Assembly (NCBI GenBank): GCA_964016885.1
Contig: OZ024766.1
Span: 14,322,001-14,386,000, forward strand
Length of the DNA: 64,000 nt
Reading direction: 5' to 3'
DNA from: Eledone cirrhosa
Lineage: Eukaryota
Shown here: positions 50,280 to 63,617 of the stretch, piece by piece
How the letters are laid out: the number at the start of each line of letters is the position of its first letter
Position numbering within the stretch: position 1 is the first letter of the stretch
Made by a program: the position numbers and the translations under genes
Notes under the pieces: model-generated
Seen by the model: only the letters and a program-made list of their open reading frames with translations
Database searches by the model: none
Told to the model about the DNA's origin: nothing

Positions 50280-53200
50280 TGTATCATCTTAATTTCCATG
50301 TTTCTAACACCCATGGATATGCCTACAAAGTCAGAAAACAGCACAGCTCCCATGACTTTCGGAAACATTTTTTCAAGCTCCGAGTTGCTGAAGCATGGAA
50401 CAAACTACCTGCATCAGTTGTTAGCTGTCGAGACACTACATCCTTTAAAACCTCCATGGAACAAACTACCTGCATCAGTTGTTAGCTGTCGAGACACTAC
50501 ATCCTTTAAAACCTCCATGGAACAAACTACTTGGATCAGTTGTTCGCTGTCGAGACACTACATCCTTTAAAACCTCCATGGAACAAACTACCTGCATCAG
50601 TTGTTAGCTGTCGAGACACTGCATCCTTTAAAACCTCCATGGAACAAACTACCTGCATCAGTTGTTAGCTGTCGAGACACTACATCCTTTAAAACCTCCA
50701 TGGAACAAACTACCTGCATCAGTTGTTAGCTGTCGAGACACTACATCCTTTAAAACCTCCATGGAACAAACTACTTGCATCAGTTGTTAGCTGTTGAGAC
50801 ACTACATCCTTTAAAACCTCCATGGAACAAACTACCTGCATCAGTTGTTAGCTGTCGAGACACATCCTTTAAAACCTCCATGGAACAAACTACTTGCATC
50901 AGTTGTTAGCTGTCGAGACACTACATCCTTTAAAACCTCCATGGAACAAACTACCTGCATTAGTTGTTAGCTGTCGAGACACTATATCCTTTAAAACCTC
51001 CATGGAACAAACTACCTGCATCAGTTGTTAGCTGTCGAGACACTGCATCCTTTAAAACCTCCATGGAACAAACTACCTGCATCAGTTGTTAGCTGTCGAG
51101 ACACATCCTTTAAAACCTCCATGGAACAAACTACTTGCATCAGTTGTTAGCTGTCGAGACACTACATCCTTTAAAACCTCCATGGAACAAACTACCTGCA
51201 TTAGTTGTTAGCTGTCGAGACACTACATCCTTTAAAACCTCCATGGAAGAAACTACCTGCATCAGTTGTTAGCTGTCGAAATACTACATCCTTTAAAACC
51301 TCCATGGAACAAACTACTTGCATCAGTTGTTAGCTGTCGAGACACTACATCCTTTAAAACCTCCATGGAACAAACTACCTGCATTAGTTGTTAGCTGTCG
51401 AGACACTACATCCTTTAAAACCTCCATGGAACAAACTACCTGCATCAGTTGTTAGCTGTCGAGACACTACATCCTTTAAAACCTCCATGGAACAAACTAC
51501 CTGCATCAGTTGTGAGCTGTCGAGACACTACATCCTTTAAAACCTCCATGGAACAAACTACTTGGATCAGTTGTTCGCTGTCGAGACACTACATCCTTTA
51601 AAACCTCCATGGAACAAACTACCTGCATCAGTTGTTAGCTGTCGAGACACATCCTTTAAAACCTCCATGGAACAAACTACTTGCATCAGTTGTTAGCTGT
51701 CGAGACACTACATCCTTTAAAACCTCCATGGAACAAACTACCTGCATTAGTTGTTAGCTGTCGAGACACTATATCCTTTAAAACCTCCATGGAACAAACT
51801 ACCTGCATTAGTTGTTAGCTGTCGAGACACTATATCCTTTAAAACCTCCATGGAACAAACTACCTGCATCAGTTGTTAGCTGTCGAGACACTACATCCTT
51901 TAAAACCTCCATGGAACAAACTACCTGCATCAGTTGTTAGCTGTCGAGACACTGCATCCTTTAAAACCTCCATGGAACAAACTACCTGCATCAGTTGTTA
52001 GCTGTCGAGACACATCCTTTAAAACCTCCATGGAACAAACTACTTGCATCAGTTGTTAGCTGTCGAGACACTACATCCTTTAAAACCTCCATGGAACAAA
52101 CTACCTGCATTAGTTGTTAGCTGTCGAGACACTACATCCTTTAAAACCTCCATGGAAGAAACTACCTGCATCAGTTGTTAGCTGTCGAAATACTACATCC
52201 TTTAAAACCTCCATGGAACAAACTACTTGCATCAGTTGTTAGCTGTCGAGACACTACATCCTTTAAAACCTCCATGGAACAAACTACCTGCATTAGTTGT
52301 TAGCTGTCGAGACACTACATCCTTTAAAACCTCCATGGAACAAACTACCTGCATCAGTTGTTAGCTGTCGAGACACTACATCCTTTAAAACCTCCATGGA
52401 ACAAACTACCTGCATCAGTTGTTAGCTGTCGAGATACATCCTTTAAAACCTCCATGGAACAAACTACTTGCATCAGTTGTTAGCTGTTGAGACACTACAT
52501 CCTTTAAAACCTCCATGGAACAAACTACCTGCATCAGTTGTTAGCTGTCGAGACACTACATCCTTTAAAACCTCCATGGAACAAACTACTTGCATCAGTT
52601 GTTAGCTGTTGAGACACTACATCCTTTAAAACCTCCATGGAACAAACTACTTGCATCAGTTGTTAGCTGTCGAGACACTACATCCTTTAAAACCTCCATG
52701 GAACAAACTTCCTGCATCAGTTGTTAGCTGCCGAGACACTGCATCCTTTAAAACCTCCATGGAACAAACTCCCTGAATCAGTTGTTAGCTGTCGAGACAC
52801 ATCCTTTAAAACCTCCATGGAACAAACTCCCTGCATCAGTTGTTAGCTGTCGAGACACTACATCCTTTACAACCTCCATGGAACAAACTCCCTGCATCAG
52901 TTGTTAGCTGTCGAGACACTACATCCTTTACAACCTCCATGGAACAAACTACCTGCATCAGTTGTTAGCTGTCGAGACACATCCTTTACAACCTCCATGG
53001 AACAAACTACCTGCATCAGTTGTTAGCTGTCGAGACACTACATCCTTTACAACCTCCATGGAACAAACTACTTGGATCAGTTGTTAGCTGTCGAGACACT
53101 ACATCCTTTAAAACCTCTATGCTTCCTGAGATTCGTCAACGCTGCACCTGATGTCCCCCCCTTCCATACACACGCACACATGTATTTCATGACTCATACA

Positions 53201-53300
53201 CTGTTCCTTTTCTTGACATTTAAACATTATTCTATGTACTATACATGCACCTTTGATGAGTTGTAGTGCACCTGAGCATTGTACACAATAATTTCATTAT
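50280..53300 (+). mobile_element. CR1-type LINE 3' fragment whose ORF2 C-terminus expanded into a 61-bp satellite (50394-53118, ~45 units)
   Basis: THGYAYKVRKQ..RKHFFKLRVAEAWNKLPASVV precedes the array, and the normal 3' UTR (as at 38690-38860) follows it. Confidence 0.88.
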
Positions 53301-53840
53301 TATATTATTTTATACTCCAGTGGTATGACCTAAACTATATATAATCCATACTATATCTATACAATCTATATGATTTCCGTAACATCGATATTATGTCTAT
53401 ATACTTGCCGATTCTCTACACTCCATACCAATGTTATACTATATATTCATGTGGCTATGATATCCCCTTTATATTGTAAGCACATAGCTTAGTAGTTAGA
53501 GCATTGGCCTTGCAATCGAAAGGTTGTGAGTTCAATTCTCAGACCGGGTGATGTGTTGTTTCCTTGAGCAGGACACTTTATTTCACATTGCTCCAGTTTA
53601 CTCAGTTGTAGAAATGTGATGATAGGGACTGGGGTCCATATCATTCCACTGCAAAGTGGTCCTGGAGGTGCCACGGCAAAAAACACCCAATATTCACTGT
53701 AAATGAGGTTGGTGTTAGGAGGGGCATCCAGCTGTAGAAATCAAGCCAGAATCAGTTTCCGTCCCACCCTTGTAAGCAGGGAAAAGCAGACGTAAAATGA
53801 TGATGATGATGATTGTAACTCCAAAACAGTTTAAATCTAC

Positions 53841-53950
53841 CTGTCTCACAGGTGTTACCTTCATAACCAGCACTACACCCTCCACTAAAACACACACCTG
53901 TCTCTGTGTTACACCTAGCTGTGTGTTACACCTATTGTCATCTTGACTCA
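53841..53950 (-). pseudogene. Degenerate half-copy of an EGF exon; similar relics at 49775-49860 and 63095-63135
   Basis: Reads ..ETGVCFSGGCSAGYEGNTCETG|GTAGAT but lacks the 5' half and carries an internal duplication. Confidence 0.7.
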
Positions 53951-53990
53951 ATATATCATGTTAGAAACAAAGCTATACTACACCACTTAC

Positions 53991-54128
53991 CTGTCTGACA
54001 GTTGCTACCTTCAGAACCAGCAGTACATCCTCCACTAGAACACACACCTGTCTGTTTGTTACACCTGTTATTATCAGCACAGTGGCATGTGTGTTTACAG
54101 TTAGCTCCAAATTTACCAATGTCACAGG
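53991..54128 (-). CDS. Multi-EGF gene, EGF exon 3
   Basis: 138 bp, TTACAG|..|GTAAGT; ACDIGKFGANCKHTCHCADNNRCNKQTGVCSSGGCTAGSEGSNCQT. Confidence 0.9.
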
Positions 54129-54399
54129 CTGTAATATGAAATGTAATGTAAACAGTTTGAACAATTTCAAGATATAATATTTACAATTATTAACCTTTTT
54201 GATATCAAAATACCTGACACCGATTAACTGTTTTACTCTATATATTTATCTAAAAACTTCCCACTATAGTGTTATGTAAGAACTTTTGTTAGGTTATGTT
54301 CCATCCAAAATATTAGTGATGAAAATCTCAGTTATATAACTATAGCCCTTCAAATTCTTCATTATATAAAAATTTGTTTAAAATCGTATGCAATATATT

Positions 54400-56423
54400 T
54401 CTTTAGTAATATGGTAATGAAAAGATTAATGACATAGACAGTGTCTTTAAGTAGAAATATGGTAATGAAATGGTTAATGATATAGACAGTGTCTTTAAGT
54501 AGAGATATGGTAATGAAGGGATTAATGACATAGACAGTGTCTTTAAGTAGAGATATGTAATGAAAGGTTTAATGACATAGACAGTGTCTTTAAGTAGAAA
54601 TATGGTAATGAAAGGGTTAATGATATAGACAGTGTCTTTAAGTAGAAATATGTAACGAAAGGATTAATGACATAGACAGTGTCTTTAAGTAGAGATATGT
54701 AATGAAAGGGTTAATGACATAGACAGTGTCTTTAAGTAGAAATATGGTAATGAAATGGTTAATGATATAGACAGTGTCTTTAAGTAGAGATATGGTAATG
54801 AAGGGATTAATGACATAGACAGTGTCTTTAAGTAGAGATATGTAATGAAAGGTTTAATGACATAGACAGTGTCTTTAAGTAGAAATATGGTAATGAAAGG
54901 GTTAATGATATAGACAGTGTCTTTAAGTAGAAATATGGTAATGAAAGGTTTAATGACATAGACGGTGTATTTAAGTAGAGATATGTAATGAAAGGTTTAA
55001 TGACATAGACAGTGTCTTTAAGTAGAGATATGTAATGAAAGGATTAATGACATAGACGGTGTCTTTAAGTAGAGATATGTAATGAAAGGGTTAATGACAT
55101 AGACAGTGTCTTTAAGTAGAAATATGTAATGAAAGGATTAATGACATAGACGGTGTCTTTAAGTAGAGATATGTAATGAAAGGGTTAATGACATAGACAG
55201 TGTCTTTAAGTAGAAATATGGTAATGAAAGGGTTAATGACATAGACAGTGTCTTTAAGTAGAGATATGTAATGAAAGGGTTAATGACATAGACAGTGTCT
55301 TTAAGTAGAAATATGGCAATGAAAGGGTTAATGACATAGACAGTGTCTTTAAGTAGAGATATGTAATGAAAGGGTTAATGACATAGACAGTGTCTTTAAG
55401 TAGAAATATGGTAATGAAAGGGTTAATGACATAGACAGTGTCTTTAAGTAGAGATATGTAATGAAAGGTTTAATGACATAGACAGTGTCTTTAAGTAGAG
55501 ATATGTAATGAAAGTTTTAATGACATGTCTTTAAGTAGAAATATGGTAATGAAAGAGTTAATGACATAGACAGTGTCTTTCATTAGAAATATGGTAATGA
55601 AAGGGTTAATGATATAGACAGTGTCTTTCATTAGAAATATGGTAATGAAAGGGTTAATGATATAGACAGTGTCTTTCATTAGAAATATGGTAATGAAGGG
55701 GTTAATGACATAGACTGTGTCTTTCATTAGAAATATGGTAATTAAAGGGTTAATGACATAGACAGTGTCTTTAAGTAGAGATATGTAATGAAAGGGTTAA
55801 TGATATAGACAGTGTCTTTAAGTAGAGATATGGTAATGAAAGGGTTAATGACATAGACAGTGTCTTTAAGTAGAGATATGTAATGAAAGGGTTAATGACA
55901 TAGACAGTGTCTTTAAGTAGAAATATGGTAATGAAAGGGTTAATGACATAGACAGTGTCTTTAAGTAGAGATATGTAATGAAAGGTTTAATGATATAGAC
56001 AGTGTCTTTAAGTAGAAATATGGTAATGAAAGGGTTAATGACATAGACAGTGTCTTTAAGTAGAGATATGTAATGAAAGTTTTAATGACATGTCTTTAAG
56101 TAGAAATATGGTAATAAAAGAGTTAATGACATAGACAGTGTCTTTCATTAGAAATATGGTAATGAAAGGGTTAATGATATAGACAGTGTCTTTCATTAGA
56201 AATATGGTAATGAAAGGGGTAATGACATAGACAGTGTCTTTAAGTAGAAATATGGTAATGAAAGGATTAATGACATAGACAGTGTCTTTCATTAGAAATA
56301 TGGTAATGAAAGATTAAATGATATAGACAGTGTCTTTAAGTAGAGATATGGTAATGAAAGGATTAATGACATAGACAGTGTCTTTAAGTAGAAACTTGGT
56401 AATGAAAAGTTTAATGACATAGA
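54400..56423. repeat. 47-48-bp minisatellite; short arrays also at 56795-56940 and 63183-63357
   Basis: Unit AATGACATAGACAGTGTCTTTAAGTAGAAATATGGTAATGAAAGGGTT. Confidence 0.95.
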
Positions 56424-56954
56424 GTCTATGTCATTAAACCTTAATCCAAATATTCAATTACTTTCAAGGAAGAAACAAATGCAAATATCCGATTAACTTG
56501 AATTTTCCCTCGGATTTTAAAATTATTTTACGTATTTTTTCTATATTAGTTTTTTGAACTTAATATTATTATTTTTCTATTGTATTTCTTTATAATTATG
56601 TGAAGGCAAAAATATTTTATATTGTAACTTTTTATGTTAAATAATAAATGACTATAAAACTATACAAATTTTATATACTATATATTATAATAATTTCACA
56701 AAAGTCGCATTTATAGGTATATCAACTTATGCGGCCTCCTTTATTACTGCCTAATTTAAATGTGGCCTCTAAAGGTAAAAAGGTTCCTCTCCTCTGACAT
56801 AGACAGTGTCTTTCATTAGAAATATGGTAATGAAAGGGTTAATGACATAGACAGTGTCTTTCATTAGAAATATGGTAATGAAAGGGTTAATGACATAGAC
56901 AGTGTCTTTTATTAGAAATGTGGTAATGAAAGGGTTAATTACTACACCATATAC

Positions 56955-57092
56955 CTGTATGACAGTTGCTACCTTCATAACCAGCAGCACATCCTCCACT
57001 AGAACACACACCTGTCTGTTTGTTACATTTACTGTTGTCAGCACAGTGACATGTGTTGCCACAGTTGGCTCCAAATTTACCTGATTTACAGA
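56955..57092 (-). CDS. Multi-EGF gene, EGF exon 2
   Basis: 138 bp, TTCCAG|..|GTATAT; VCKSGKFGANCGNTCHCADNSKCNKQTGVCSSGGCAAGYEGSNCHT. Confidence 0.88.
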
Positions 57093-57200
57093 CTGGAAAT
57101 AAAATATGAGAACAATGACAATTATAACAACATTTACACTATACAAGATAATAAATATCACAATATTATATCATCTATATTATAGTGTTGTCATCTATAC

Positions 57201-60200
57201 CAGAGGTCGGCATCCTTTTGGGGCGTGCGGGCCACATTGCTATGGAGTGTCACACAGGCAGGCCACATTTCTATGCAGTGTCTCACTGGCAGGCCACATT
57301 GTTACGAAGTGTCTTGTCAGTTGCTCACATTGTTATACAGTGTCTTGTCAGCAGGCCACATAGCTATGGAGTGTCTTGTCAGCAGGCCACATAGCTATGG
57401 AGTGTCTTGTCAGCAGGCCACATAGCTATGGAGTGCCTTGTCAGCAGGCCACATAGCTGTACAGTGTCTTGTCAGCAGGCCACATAGCTATGCAGTGTCT
57501 TGTCAGCAGGCCACATTTCTATAGAGTGTCTTGTCAGCAGGCCACATAGCTATGGAGTGTCTTGTCAGCAGGCCACATTGTTACGAAGTGTCTTGTCAGT
57601 TGCTCACATTGCAATACAGTGTCTTGTCAGCAGGCCACATAGCTATGGAGTGTCTCACCAGCAGGCCACATTGCTATGGAGTGTCTTGTCAGCAGGCCAC
57701 ATAGCTATACAGTGTCTTGTCAGCAGGCCATATTGCTATGGAGTGTCTCACGAGCAGGCCACATAGCTATGGAGTGTCTTGTCAGCAGGCCACATTGCTA
57801 TAGAGTGTCTTGTCAGCAGGCCACATAGCTATGGAGTGTCTCACCAGCAGGCCACATTGCTATGCAGTGTCTCACCAGCAGGCCACATAGCTATGCAGTG
57901 TCTCACCAGCAGGCCACATAGCTATGCAGTGTCTCACCAGCAGGCCACATTGCTATGCAGTGTCTTGTCAGCAGGCCATATTGCTATGTAGTGTCTCACC
58001 AGCAGGCCACATAGCTATGTAGTGTCTCGTCAGCAGGCCACATAGCTATGGAGTGTCTTGTCGGCAGACCACATAGCTATGCAGTGTCTCACTAGCAGGC
58101 CACATAGCTATGCAGTGTCTCACCAGCAGGCCACATTGCTATGTAGTGTCTCACCAGCAGGCCACATTGCTATGTAGTGTCTCACCAGCAGGCCACATTG
58201 CTATGTAGTGTCTTGTCAGCAGGCCACATAGGTATGTAGTGTCTCGTCAACAGGCCACATAGCTATGTAGTGTCTCACCAGCAGGCCACATTGCTATGTA
58301 GTGTCTCACCAGCAGGCCACATTGCTATGTAGTGTCTCACCAGCAGGCCACATTGCTATGTAGTGTCTTGTCAGCAGGCCACATAGCTATGTAGTGTCTC
58401 GTCAGCAGGCCACATAGCTATGGAGTGTCTTGTCGGCAGGCCACATAGCTATGGAGTGTCTCACCAGCAGGCCACATAGCTATGGAGTATCTCACCAGCA
58501 GGCCACATTGTTACGAAGTGTCTTGTCAGTTGCTCACATTGCAATACAGTGTCTTGTCAGCAGGCCACATAGCTATGGAGTGTCTTGTCAGCAGGCCACA
58601 TAGCTATGGAGTGTCTCACCAGCAGGCCACATTGCTATACAGTGTCTTGTCAACAGGCCACATAGCTATGGAGTGTCTTGTCAGCAGGCCACATAGCTAT
58701 GGAGTGTCTCACCAGCACGCCACATTGCTATACAGTGTCTTGTCAGCAGGCCACATAGCTATACAGTGTCTTGTCAGCAGGCCATATTGCTATGGAGTGT
58801 CTCACCAGCAGGCCACATAGCTATGGAGTGTCTTGTCAGCGGGCCACATAGCTATGGAGTGTTTCAGCAGCAGGCCACATTGCTATGCAGTGTCTTGTCA
58901 GCAGGCCACATACAGTGTCTTGTCAGCAGGCCATATTGCTATGCAGTGTCTTGCCAGCAGGCCACATTGCTATAGAGTGTCTTGTCAGCAGGCCACATAG
59001 CCATGGAGTGTCTCACCAGCAGGCCACATTGCTATGCAGTGTCTCACCAGCATGCCACATAGCTATGTAGTGTCTTGTAAACAGGCCACATAGCTATGCA
59101 GTGTCTCACCAGCAGGCCACATAGCTATGCAGTGTCTCACCAGCAGGCCACATTGCTATGCAGTGTCTCACCAGCAGGCCACATTGCTATGTAGTGTTTC
59201 ACCAGCAGGCCACATTGCTATGTAGTGTCTCACCAGCAGGCCACATTGCTATGTAGTGTCTTGTCAGCAGGCCATATTGCTATGCAGTTTCTCACCAGCA
59301 GGCCACATAGCTATGTAGTGTCTTGTCAGCAGGCCACATAGCTATGCAGTGTCTCACCAGCAGGCCACATTGCTATGCAGTGTCTCACCAGCAGGCCACA
59401 TTGCTATGCAGTGTCTTGTCAGCAGGCCATATTGCTATGTAGTGTGTCACCAGCAGGCCACATAGCTATGTAGTGTCTCGTCAGCAGGCCACATAGCTAT
59501 GGAGTGTCTTGTCGGCAGGCCACATAGCTATGCAGTGTCTCACCAGCAGGCCACATAGCTATGCAGTGTCTCACCAGCAGGCCACATAGCTATGGAGTGT
59601 CTCACCAGCAGGCCACATAGCTATGGAGTGTCTCACCAGCAGGCCACATTGCTATGCAGTTTCTCACCAGCAGGCCACATTGCTATGTAGTGTCTCACCA
59701 GCAGGCCACATTGCTATGCAGTTTCTCACCAGCAGGCTACATAGCTATGTAGTGTCTCACCAGCAGGCCACATAGCTATGTAGTGTCTCACCAGCAGGCC
59801 ACATAGCTATGTAGTGTCTCACCAGCAGGCCACATAGCTATGTAGTGTCTCGTCAGCAGGCCACATAGCTATGGAGTGTCTTGTCGGCAGGCCACATAGC
59901 TATGGAGTGTCTCACCAGCAGGCCACATAGCTATGTAGTGTCTCGTCAACAGGCCACTTAGCTATGGAGTGTCTTGTCAGCAGGCCACATTGCTATAGAG
60001 TGTCTTATCAGCAGGCCACATAGCTATGGAGTGTCTCACCAGCAGGCCACATTGCTATGCAGTGTCTCACCAGCAGGCCACATAGCTATGCAGTGTCTCA
60101 CCAGCAGGCCACATAGCTATGCAGTGTCTCACCAGCAGGCCACATAGCTATGCAGTGTCTCACCAGCAGGCCACATTGCTATGCAGTGTCTTGTCAGCAG

Positions 60201-62816
60201 GCCATATTGCTATGTAGTGTCTCACCAGCAGGCCACATAGCTATGTAGTGTCTCGTCAGCAGGCCACATAGCTATGGAGTGTCTTGTCGGCAGACCACAT
60301 AGCTATGCAGTGTCTCACTAGCAGGCCACATAGCTGTGCAGTGTCTCACCAGCAGGCCACATTGCTATGTAGTGTCTCACCAGCAGGCCACATTGCTATG
60401 TAGTGTCTCACCAGCAGGCCACATTGCTATGTAGTGTCTTGTCAGCAGGCCACATAGCTATGTAGTGTCTCGTCAACAGGCCACATAGCTATGTAGTGTC
60501 TCACCAGCAGGCTACATTGCTATGTAGTGTCTCACCAGCAGGCCACATTGCTATGTAGTGTCTCACCAGCAGGCCACATTGCTATGTAGTGTCTTGTCAG
60601 CAGGCCACATAGCTATGTAGTGTCTCGTCAGCAGGCCACATAGCTATGGAGTGTCTTGTCGGCAGGCCACATAGCTATGGAGTGTCTCACCAGCAGGCCA
60701 CATGGCTATGGAGTATCTCACCAGCAGGCCACATTGTTACGAAGTGTCTTGTCAGTTGCTCACATTGCAATACAGTGTCTTGTCAGCAGGCCACATAGTT
60801 ATGGAGTGTCTTGTCAGCAGGCCACATAGCTATGGAGTGTCTCACCAGCAGGCCACATTGCTATACAGTGTCTTGTCAGCAGGCCACATAGCTATGGAGT
60901 GTCTTGTCAGCAGGCCACATACCTATGGAGTGTCTCACCAGCAGGCCACATTGCTATACAGTGTCTTGTCAGCAGGCCACATAGCTATACAGTGTTTTGT
61001 CAGCAGGCCATATTGCTATGGAGTGTCTCACCAGCAGGCCACATAGCTATGGAGTGTCTTGTCAGCGGGCCACATAGCTATGGAGTGTTTCACCAGCAGG
61101 CCACATAGCTATGCAGTGTCTTGTCAGCAGGCCACATACAGTGTCTTGTCAGCAGGCCATATTGCTATGCAGTGTCTTGTCAGCAGGCCACATTGCTATA
61201 GAGTGTCTTGTCAGCAGGCCACATAGCCATGGAGTGTCTCACCAGCAGGCCACATTGCTATGCAGTGTCTCACCAGCATGCCACATAGCTATGTAGTGTC
61301 TTGTAAACAGGCCACATAGCTATGCAGTGTCTCACCAGCAGGCCACATAGCTATGCAGTGTCTCACCAGCAGGCCACATTGCTATGCAGTGTCTCACCAG
61401 CAGGCCACATTGCTATGTAGTGTCTCACCAGCAGGCCACATTGCTATGTAGTGTCTCACCAGCAGGCCACATTGCTATGTAGTGTCTTGTCAGCAGGCCA
61501 TATTGCTATGCAGTGTCTCACCAGCAGGCCACATTGCTATGCAGTGTCTTGTCAGCAGGCCATATTGCTATGTAGTGTCTCACCAGCAGGCCACATAGCT
61601 ATGTAGTGTCTCGTCAGCAGGCCACATAGCTATGGAGTGTCTTGTCGGCAGGCCACATAGCTATGGAGTGTCTCACCAGCAGGCCACATAGCTATGTAGT
61701 GTCTCGTCAGCAGGCCACATAGCTATGGATTGTCTTGTCGGCAGGCCACATAGCTATGGAGTGTCTCACCAGCAGGCCACATAGCTATGGAGTGTCTCAC
61801 CAGCAGGCCACATTGCTATGTAGTGTCTCACCAGCAGGCCACATAGCTATGGAGTGTCTCACCAGCAGGCCACATTGCTATGTAGTGTCTCACCAGCAGG
61901 CCACATAGCTATGTAGTGTCTCGTCAGCAGGCCACATAGCTATGGAGTGTCTTGTCGGCAGGCCACATAGCTATGGAGTGTCTCACCAGCAGGCCACATA
62001 GCTATGGAGTGTCTCGTCAGCAGGCCACATTGCTATGTAGTGTCTCACCAGCAGGCCACATAGCTATGGAGTGTCTCACCAGCAGGCCACATTGCTATGT
62101 AGTGTCTCGTCAGCAGGCCACATAGCTATGCAGTATCTCATCAGCAGGCCGCATTGCTATGTAGTGTCTCGTCGGCAGGCCATGATATAAAATAAGTAAT
62201 GAGAACATATGTAAAAATGAATGCAGTAATATAATAAAATACTCTGACAATTTTAATAAACTCTGACAAAGCCATGACACCTGGCAGTGTATTTAAACCA
62301 GGGTTGCCATTTGTTCATTGAACATATTTACTTCTAATAATACTGAACACTTTTAACATAGAAAAATAAATAAACATTGATTATTATCAAATACAGTCCC
62401 TTACAGATGTTTTACTAGGAGACAGCTAACTAAAATGAACAATTTTGAGGATGAAATGAAATAACTATGTCAGACATACTGACTTTTTTAGGTAAGTCTG
62501 GGTCATTTCACATCCCTGCCATACAGATACTATGTATGTACATATATACACGAATACACACACACAGTCCCTTTGACCTCGATGTCTGATTATTCTATCT
62601 CTCTGAGTTTGATTGTTTCTTACTGTCACATTAAAACATTACGTTCAGTTAAGTGAGTCTTGTGGTTAGACGTGTTCTCTAGTTGGTATTTTAATCCCAA
62701 ATAATTCAGAACACTTTTTCAGGGGATCGCTTAGTCTAAGATTGAAACCTGTCGGCAGGCCAGATGTGGCCCGCGGGCCAGATGTGGCCTACGGGCCAGG
62801 GATTTAATGACCCCTA
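57201..62816. mobile_element. Non-autonomous hAT-like element with 8-bp TSD, inflated by an internal 31-bp satellite (~57230-62185)
   Basis: Termini CAGAGGTCGGCA .. TGACCCCTA; TSD ATCTATAC at 57193-57200 and 62817-62824; subterminal GGCCCGCGGGCC; satellite unit GTGTCTTGTCAGCAGGCCACATAGCTATGGA. Confidence 0.85.
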
Positions 62817-63371
62817 ATCTATACTATAGTGATATCAACTATTTTATATCTATATCATCTGTACTATATCCCTACAACCTATATTATATCTATAGCTATA
62901 CTATATCTATTCCTCTATATTATATCTATTGAAGGCGCAAGGATTAGTGGTAAGAGCGTCAGGCTTACAATCATAAAGTTGTGAGTTCGATGCCTGAATC
63001 TTACTGTGTTTTGTGTTCTTGAACAACTCACTTTATTTCATGTTGCTCAAGATACTCTGCTATAGAAATGAGTTGTGATGTCACACTTTCAATAGGAACA
63101 CACACCTGTCTCTCAGTTACACCTGCTGTTGTTTTATTTCAATATATTATGCTACAACAAAGTTATGCTACATCACTTATCTTATTAGAAATATGGTAAT
63201 GAAAGGGTTAATGACATAGACAGTGTCTTTCATTATAAATGTGGTAATGAAAGGGTTAATGACATAGACAGTGTCTTTCATTAGAAATGTGGTAATGAAA
63301 GGGTTAATGACATAGACAGTGTCTTTCATTAGAAATGTGGTAATGAAAGGGTTAATTACTACACCATATAC

Positions 63372-63509
63372 CTGTATGACAGTTGCTACCTTCATAACCA
63401 GCAGCACATCCTCCACTAGAACACACACCTGTCTGTTTGTTACATTTACTGTTGTCAACACAGTGACATGTGTTGCCACAGTTGGCTCCAAATTTACCTG
63501 ATTTACAGA
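63372..63509 (-). CDS. Multi-EGF gene, EGF exon 1 in window (gene continues past the right edge)
   Basis: 138 bp, same splice sites as 56955-57092 and one nucleotide different (V versus A). Confidence 0.88.
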
Positions 63510-63617
63510 CTGGAAATAAAATATGAGAACAATGACAATTATAACAACATTTACACTATACAAGATAATAAATATCATAATATTATATCATCTATATTAT
63601 AGTGTTGTCATCTATAC

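Noticed and set aside
47985-62185. Regular 31-61 bp arrays as CRISPR arrays
   Set aside because: Contiguous tandem units with no unique spacers, no cas genes, and a eukaryotic context.
31057-63509. Assigning a gene symbol (MEGF10, MEGF6, SCARF1, PTPR)
   Set aside because: Only EGF repeats are visible; no EMI, transmembrane or catalytic exons to discriminate between families.
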